DNA from: an uncultured Acidobacteriota bacterium
Lineage (GTDB): Bacteria > Acidobacteriota > JAQAZP01
Assembly: GCA_963836075.1 (NCBI GenBank)
Contig: CAWIIB010000009.1
Location: 2,016,001 to 2,080,000 of the forward strand
DNA: 64,000 nt
Direction: 5' to 3'
The position numbers and the translations under genes are program-made. The notes beneath the pieces are model-generated. The model was given only the letters and a program-made list of their open reading frames with translations. It had not been told where the DNA came from and made no database searches. Of the stretch, positions 58,868 to 64,000 are shown in pieces (the stretch's first letter is position 1; each line of letters opens with the position of its first letter).

Positions 58868-60235
58868 ATGGCTTCGGAGGAAAAGAAGGGCCTGCAGGAA
58901 AAAATCTTCCGCCATCTCAACACCCGGGTCAGCGAGGCAGCCAGGGGGGTGCGGGAGTCATCGAAAAAGCTCTTCCGGCAACTGGAGGAGCTCCCGGACG
59001 AGCTCGGCCGCCGGATCGAAGAGGGGGCGGCCGAGGCTGCCGGGGCCATGATGGAGGAGTTGTCCAGGGCCCGGGCCGAAGGCACCAGGGCGGCTGAGCG
59101 CAGTTCCGGCCTGGCCCGGGCTGTCTGCTCCATCCTGGAACAGAAGCAACAGCTCTCGGTGCTGGAAGCGCTGCTGGAAGGGGCTCTCCGCTTCACCGAC
59201 GGCGCCGTCATCTTCGTGCTCAAGGACGAGAACATCGGCGGCTGGCGTTCCGGTGGCCGTATCGAGGGGCAGCGAGCCAAGGCCCTTCATTTTCCGTTCG
59301 TGGCCGGCAACAGCGTGGTCAGTTCGCTGCGCCGGAGGGATGTGGTCTGTGTGACCGGTGAACTCTCCGGGGCGGACAGAGCGCTGTTCGAAGATCTCGG
59401 CGCCGGCCAGCCTGCCGGGTTCATCGCCGTTCCGCTGTTGATCCGTGAAAAGGCCCAGGCAGTTCTGCTGGGAGCCAATTTCTCTGATGCCGGCGCTGCG
59501 CCGGGTCAGGTGGAACTGGAAGCGTACAAGGCGCTGGCCGCTGCCGCCATATCGGTGATCAAGAATATCCAGGGCCGGCCCCGGCGGGAGCCCCGGGTCA
59601 GCTCTCCGGCTGGTCCGCCCCACCGCGACTATCTGGATCCCAAACCGGCCCCGCCGGTCCCGCCTGCTCCCGTGGAGCCTCCGGTCAAGAAAGCCGAGCC
59701 TCCCCTTCCGCCGCTGGAAGAGCGGCCGCGAAAAATAGTCCAGCCCGCACCGGTGCCCCCCGTCTCCACGGAAGGGACGAAAGCCGGAACCCGTCCCGTC
59801 CGGGAACCGGAGTCCGCGCCTCTCCCGAAAACAACGGGCAAGCCACGTTCGCCGTGGTTCACACCCACCACCAGGAACTCCACCTTCGGATCGAAGGCCG
59901 TCACCGCCGAGCCGTCAACGGGGCCGGTGCGGCGCAGTTCCAGGACGGAAGATTCCGGGGAGAAACCGCTGAGCGTGGAAGAGCAGGAGTTGCACGACGA
60001 CGCCAGGCGCTTCGCCCGCTTGCTGGTTTCGGAGATCAAACTCTACAACGAGGCCAAGGTAGCCACGGGCCGGCAGGAGAAGGACCTCTACCAGCGGTTG
60101 CGTTCCGACATCGAGAGAAGCCGGCAGATGTACAACGAGCGGGTCCCCCCCTCCATCGCGGCCAAGACGAACTATTTCATGGATGAACTGGTGTCTATTC
60201 TTGCCGAGGGTGATCGGGCGACCCTGGGGATGTAG
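58868..60235 (+). CDS. GAF-like domain protein with Pro-rich linker and conserved helical C-terminal domain
   Basis: IAVPLLIREKAQAVLLG; C-terminal HDDARRFARLLVSEIKLYNE...DLYQRLRSDIERSRQMY. Confidence 0.75.
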   Translation: MASEEKKGLQEKIFRHLNTRVSEAARGVRESSKKLFRQLEELPDELGRRIEEGAAEAAGAMMEELSRARAEGTRAAERSSGLARAVCSILEQKQQLSVLEALLEGALRFTDGAVIFVLKDENIGGWRSGGRIEGQRAKALHFPFVAGNSVVSSLRRRDVVCVTGELSGADRALFEDLGAGQPAGFIAVPLLIREKAQAVLLGANFSDAGAAPGQVELEAYKALAAAAISVIKNIQGRPRREPRVSSPAGPPHRDYLDPKPAPPVPPAPVEPPVKKAEPPLPPLEERPRKIVQPAPVPPVSTEGTKAGTRPVREPESAPLPKTTGKPRSPWFTPTTRNSTFGSKAVTAEPSTGPVRRSSRTEDSGEKPLSVEEQELHDDARRFARLLVSEIKLYNEAKVATGRQEKDLYQRLRSDIERSRQMYNERVPPSIAAKTNYFMDELVSILAEGDRATLGM

Positions 60236-61244
60236 ACCGGGCTGCCTGCTCCAGCAGTTCCAAGGGGATCACCGTTTCCAGCCGTACCGCCGGTCCTGCG
60301 GCCGACACCACCACTTTATCCAGTGTTTCCGCCACCAGACCCAGGGTCTCGTCGCCGCTGTCCGCCTTCTCGAACCATTGCGGGTTGGCCTGGATCAGCC
60401 CGGCGGCCAGTTTGATCCAGCCGTTGAGCTGGTTGGCCAGGCTGGCGGCCTCTTCGGCGGAGGGCAGCAGGGTGGTGCAGGTCAACTGGAGGTCTGGCGC
60501 AACATGGGCTGCCAGGCCCAGGTTCGCCAGGGTGGGAAGCATGCCCTGGACCGGAAGCCTCTCCTCCAGACCGGAGGTGGCACCTTCCGGCAGGAGCCCC
60601 GCGGCCCAGAGCGGGGTGGTGCGGTCAAGTTCGGCCAGCAACGGGCCGAAGCCGGGGTGCTGGTTCAGACTCTCCCCGCCGTCCAGGCGCCGGTCGATCA
60701 TGGCTGCGGCGCCCTCGCGGGTGCCGGCGAGGCCGATGGCGGTGCCGTCGAAGTAGACACCATACCACCGGTAGTGGACCGGGGCTCCAGGTCCGACGCT
60801 CTCCGGCGCCGGGGGGATGATCAGGGTGTGTTCCCTGTGTGTTGCCGAAGAAAAGCCTCTTTTCTCCAGCTGGGGCAGCAGCGTCTCCCGGTTGAATTTT
60901 CCGGTGAACACCGCCGAGAACTCTCCCGCAATACCGCCCTCCGGATAGAGCCCGGCCAGCAGCCGGCCCAGATCCTGGTCCGGGTCGATGCCGGCATCCT
61001 CCAGAAACAGGTCCAGGTCCACCAGGGCGTCGGGCGCACCGAGCCAGATGCCCTGCAGTTCCTGCCAGGTTTCGGAATTCCGCAGTGCCGGGATGTCGGC
61101 CGACATCACCCAGGCCGGTTCCCCGGGCAGCAGGGTGGTGAGGTCCAGCTGGTCGACGGGCGGGCCGCTGCAGCCGGCCAGGGCCGCCAGACAGACCACC
61201 AGTGTGCAGAGCGCATACCGGTGGTCTGTGAGCGTTTTTTTCAC
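60195..61244 (-). CDS. Hypothetical lipoprotein
   Basis: Lipobox LAGC; starts 2 nt after the upstream stop; host-like codon usage. Confidence 0.7.
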   Translation of the reverse strand: MKKTLTDHRYALCTLVVCLAALAGCSGPPVDQLDLTTLLPGEPAWVMSADIPALRNSETWQELQGIWLGAPDALVDLDLFLEDAGIDPDQDLGRLLAGLYPEGGIAGEFSAVFTGKFNRETLLPQLEKRGFSSATHREHTLIIPPAPESVGPGAPVHYRWYGVYFDGTAIGLAGTREGAAAMIDRRLDGGESLNQHPGFGPLLAELDRTTPLWAAGLLPEGATSGLEERLPVQGMLPTLANLGLAAHVAPDLQLTCTTLLPSAEEAASLANQLNGWIKLAAGLIQANPQWFEKADSGDETLGLVAETLDKVVVSAAGPAVRLETVIPLELLEQAARSTSPGSPDHPRQE

Positions 61245-61246
61245 GG

Positions 61247-62245
61247 TCAGTTGAGGTTGATCTGGATGTCCACCGAGTCGGTGGCATCGGGACCGGAGAT
61301 GGCGGTGATCTTGGCGTTGCAGGTGTTGCCCGTGATGGCGCAGTAGGAGCAGTTGCCATCGGTGAGGCCGAACTGAATTTTCACTTCGCCGTTGCTGTTG
61401 GACACGCCGTCGGTTTCAGAGATCCAGCCCACGCCCTCGAGGGAGAAGATGACCACCACCCCTTCGGAGGGGAACCCCGAGGCGTCGAGGCAGTAGGCGA
61501 TGATCTCCACATTGTCCCCGTTGTCGTCACAGGTATTGACGCTCGCCGGGTTCGCCGTCAGGTAGAGGGTGTGGGCGTAGCGGTCGTCCACCACCACCGT
61601 GGTGGATCCGCTCACGGCGTCCGCCACGCTGGCCACGATCTCAGCCGTTTCAGTTGTGGTCAGCAGGTCGTAGACCTCGCCGTTGGCATCGGTGACCAGC
61701 GGCGCGCCGCCCGAGCTGAGCGCTCCGGCCGACGTGCTCATGGAAACCGACACGTTGGGCATGGGGATGAAGTCCTCGTCGAAGACCACGGCCTTGATTT
61801 CACTCTGCCCGCCGCCGGGGGGCAGGAAAGGCGGGTCGGCGCTCACCGCCACGGAGCCGGGAGTGATGCCGATCACGATTTCCACTGTCACTCCGGCCAA
61901 TGCGCCGGAGTATGCAGTGACCAGGGCCGTGCCGCCCACGCCTTCGCTGTACAGGAAGTTGGTCACCCTGCCGTTGCTGGTGGTCAGTCTGGTGCTCTCC
62001 AGCCGGCCGAGGTCCGACACCATCTCGATCACCGTGCCGTTCACCACCGGATAGCCGTCGGTGTCGGTGACAATGGCGGTGAGTTCGGAAACACCCCCGA
62101 TGATCGATATGGTGGTGGGATTGGCGTAAAGCGTCATGGTGGCGTCCGCCGGCGCCACCGGGTCCACCAGGTCGCACTGCATCAGAACCAGGCAGGGCAG
62201 GAGGGCCAGCAGCGGCCAGGCGATCAGTGCTGATCGTTTTTTCAT
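61247..62245 (-). CDS. Lipoprotein with tandem invasin/Big_1 Ig-like domains
   Basis: LMQC; three repeats of L.ANP..I...S.I.A.V.D..G.P...V...G....T..NG.V. Confidence 0.75.
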   Translation of the reverse strand: MKKRSALIAWPLLALLPCLVLMQCDLVDPVAPADATMTLYANPTTISIIGGVSELTAIVTDTDGYPVVNGTVIEMVSDLGRLESTRLTTSNGRVTNFLYSEGVGGTALVTAYSGALAGVTVEIVIGITPGSVAVSADPPFLPPGGGQSEIKAVVFDEDFIPMPNVSVSMSTSAGALSSGGAPLVTDANGEVYDLLTTTETAEIVASVADAVSGSTTVVVDDRYAHTLYLTANPASVNTCDDNGDNVEIIAYCLDASGFPSEGVVVIFSLEGVGWISETDGVSNSNGEVKIQFGLTDGNCSYCAITGNTCNAKITAISGPDATDSVDIQINLN

Positions 62246-62517
62246 CGTCTTCACCGTATGTGCCATCAGGACAGATATAATGTTCGAATAGACCGCTATC
62301 CCGGGCAAACGCACAGGCGACCAACCGGCCGGTGAGCACGTCTCAACCCCCTGATACGTCGGGGGGGATGCCACCGTCTACTCGGTCCCGCAGGTTGACA
62401 CAGTTCCACCCGGAACGACTGTAAACAGCTGATCGTAGCATATTTTCCGGGGAGAGTCACCAGCGGCGGCGCTGGTCCGGCACCGCTCCGCGGGGAGAAA
62501 TTCCTGTCAATCAGTGA

Positions 62518-62546
62518 TTGACCTTTGCGGGCCCATAATTTATAAT
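62518..62546 (+). promoter_or_regulatory. Sigma70-type promoter
   Basis: TTGACC-17-TATAAT. Confidence 0.7.
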
Positions 62547-62617
62547 AATCGTTTATCGTATTCTTTTACTTACAGTTAGCATCGAATCTGCCGACTGTTT
62601 CACATGGCGCTCAGGTG

Positions 62618-64000
62618 ATGAACTTCTGGCTCCCCCGCCGAGGGGAGGTTTTTCTCTCCGCCCGATTCCCTGCCGGTTCCACCGGCCGGTTTTCCCGCCC
62701 GGGGAATGCCCTCCTCCTTTCTTTGATCTACCTGCTGTTCAGCCTGGTCTGCCCCGGTCCGGCCCGGGGGGATGAACCGGTGATTTTCGCTTTCGGCGAC
62801 AGCATTACCGAGGGGTGGGACGCCGATACGGGCAGCGAGGAGGCTGGCGGCTACGTGACGATCCTCGATGAACTTCTGGACACCCAGGTGGAGGAGAGCG
62901 TGGTCTACAACTTCGGGGTGGGGGGCGAAACCACCGCTAACGGGCTGGCCCGCCTGCCCTTTATTCTCTCGTTCATCGGGGACCGGATCCTGATCATGTT
63001 CGGGACCAACGATATCAGCTGGGGGATTTCCATCAACACCGCCCTGTTCAACCTCGAACAGATGCTCAACATGTGTCTTGCCGACGGTACAGCGCCGATG
63101 ATTTCCACCATCATCCCGCGCCTCGATGACCCCCGGGACCCGGACAACGCCCTGGCCCAGCAACTCAATGCCGGCATCGCCCTGCTGGCTCAGCAGGACG
63201 GCGTGGAGTTCTGTGACAACTGGGAGGTTTTCTACAACTACCTGCCGTCCCTTCGTGCCCTCTACTCCGACCGGTTGCACCCCAATGCCCTGGGCTACCA
63301 GGTGATGGCCGAGACGTGGCTCGGGGCGCTGGGCCGGCTCTATCCGCCGCCGTTTGTCAATACCATTTCACCCACCGGCATGGTCAACGGGCTTCCGGTG
63401 CCGGTGAGCATCACCGGAGGCAACTTCCTGCCCGGAGCCGTGCCGCACCTCGACCAGACCGAGTTGGTGTTCGTGGTGGTACCCTCCAGCGGCACCATCA
63501 GCGCCACGGTGCCGGCGGAGCTGCCCCCCGGGGTCTACGACGTGGTGGTGCTCAACCCCGGCGGCGTCGCGGGCACGCTGGCCAACGGTTTTACCATCAC
63601 CAATTCGCCGCCTGAGATCTACTCCATCACCCCCGACACGCTGGAGGCCGGGCAACGGGCCCGGGTCACGGTCCAGGGGCGGTTCATCGAACCGGGAGCC
63701 CAGTTGAGCGCCGGTGTGTTCGGCTTCGATCAGGTGAACGTGATCAGCGATTCGACGTTGCGGGCCCTCACCCCGGACGACATCGCGGTGGGGACATACG
63801 ACGTCCGGCTGTCCAATCCCGACGGTCAGACGGACCTGCTGGCCAACAGTTTTACCGTGGTGGACACCGGGGAGCCGGAGATCGGCAACTACTATCCGGC
63901 ACCAGGGTCCAGCGGCGCCTCGCGGCGCACCGGGATCAGGTTCAACCTGCGTGACAGCGGTTCGGGGATCAACATCGGCTCGCTCAACATGGTGGTCAAC
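62618..64000 (+). CDS. Secreted SGNH/GDSL hydrolase with IPT/TIG domains (runs off the window edge)
   Basis: Not in the ORF track. Manual translation gives AFGDSIT, NFGVGGET, FGTND, DRLHPN, then PGVYDVVVLNP and GTYDVRLSNPDGQ. Confidence 0.85.
   Translation, partial: MNFWLPRRGEVFLSARFPAGSTGRFSRPGNALLLSLIYLLFSLVCPGPARGDEPVIFAFGDSITEGWDADTGSEEAGGYVTILDELLDTQVEESVVYNFGVGGETTANGLARLPFILSFIGDRILIMFGTNDISWGISINTALFNLEQMLNMCLADGTAPMISTIIPRLDDPRDPDNALAQQLNAGIALLAQQDGVEFCDNWEVFYNYLPSLRALYSDRLHPNALGYQVMAETWLGALGRLYPPPFVNTISPTGMVNGLPVPVSITGGNFLPGAVPHLDQTELVFVVVPSSGTISATVPAELPPGVYDVVVLNPGGVAGTLANGFTITNSPPEIYSITPDTLEAGQRARVTVQGRFIEPGAQLSAGVFGFDQVNVISDSTLRALTPDDIAVGTYDVRLSNPDGQTDLLANSFTVVDTGEPEIGNYYPAPGSSGASRRTGIRFNLRDSGSGINIGSLNMVVN

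Overview
GC-rich bacterial chromosomal window, probably Acidobacteriota (inferred from the C-terminal 'ARRFARLLVSEIKLYN' protein at 58.9 kb and the diderm-type gene content). It holds about 50 CDSs and no rRNA, tRNA, CRISPR array, integrase or transposase that I can see. Recognisable genes: typA, pyk, ssb, a methionine gamma-lyase-like PLP enzyme, arsR-arsM with promoter and operator, a cobalamin riboswitch with a BtuB-like receptor, and a three-subunit molybdoenzyme (A/B/NrfD-type C) with no Tat signal. The rest is rich in secreted hydrolases, transporters and envelope enzymes. Most notable: (1) two C-terminal modules are reused on unrelated secreted proteins, namely a ~120-aa two-Cys domain on a gingipain-like C25 protease and on a repeat protein, and a ~330-aa FG-GAP-like propeller on three different enzymes; they may be lineage-specific sorting or anchoring tags. 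(2) A ~250-nt riboswitch-like leader precedes the molybdoenzyme operon (promoter, closed multi-stem domain, terminator with competing pairings) and matches no riboswitch class I recognise. (3) pyk is bracketed by a diverged duplicate of the gamma-lyase 3' end. (4) Four sulfatase-fold proteins all carry Thr instead of the formylglycine-precursor Cys/Ser. Six apparent small frameshifts in four genes are most likely sequencing errors. All calls come from reading motifs by eye; no searches were run.
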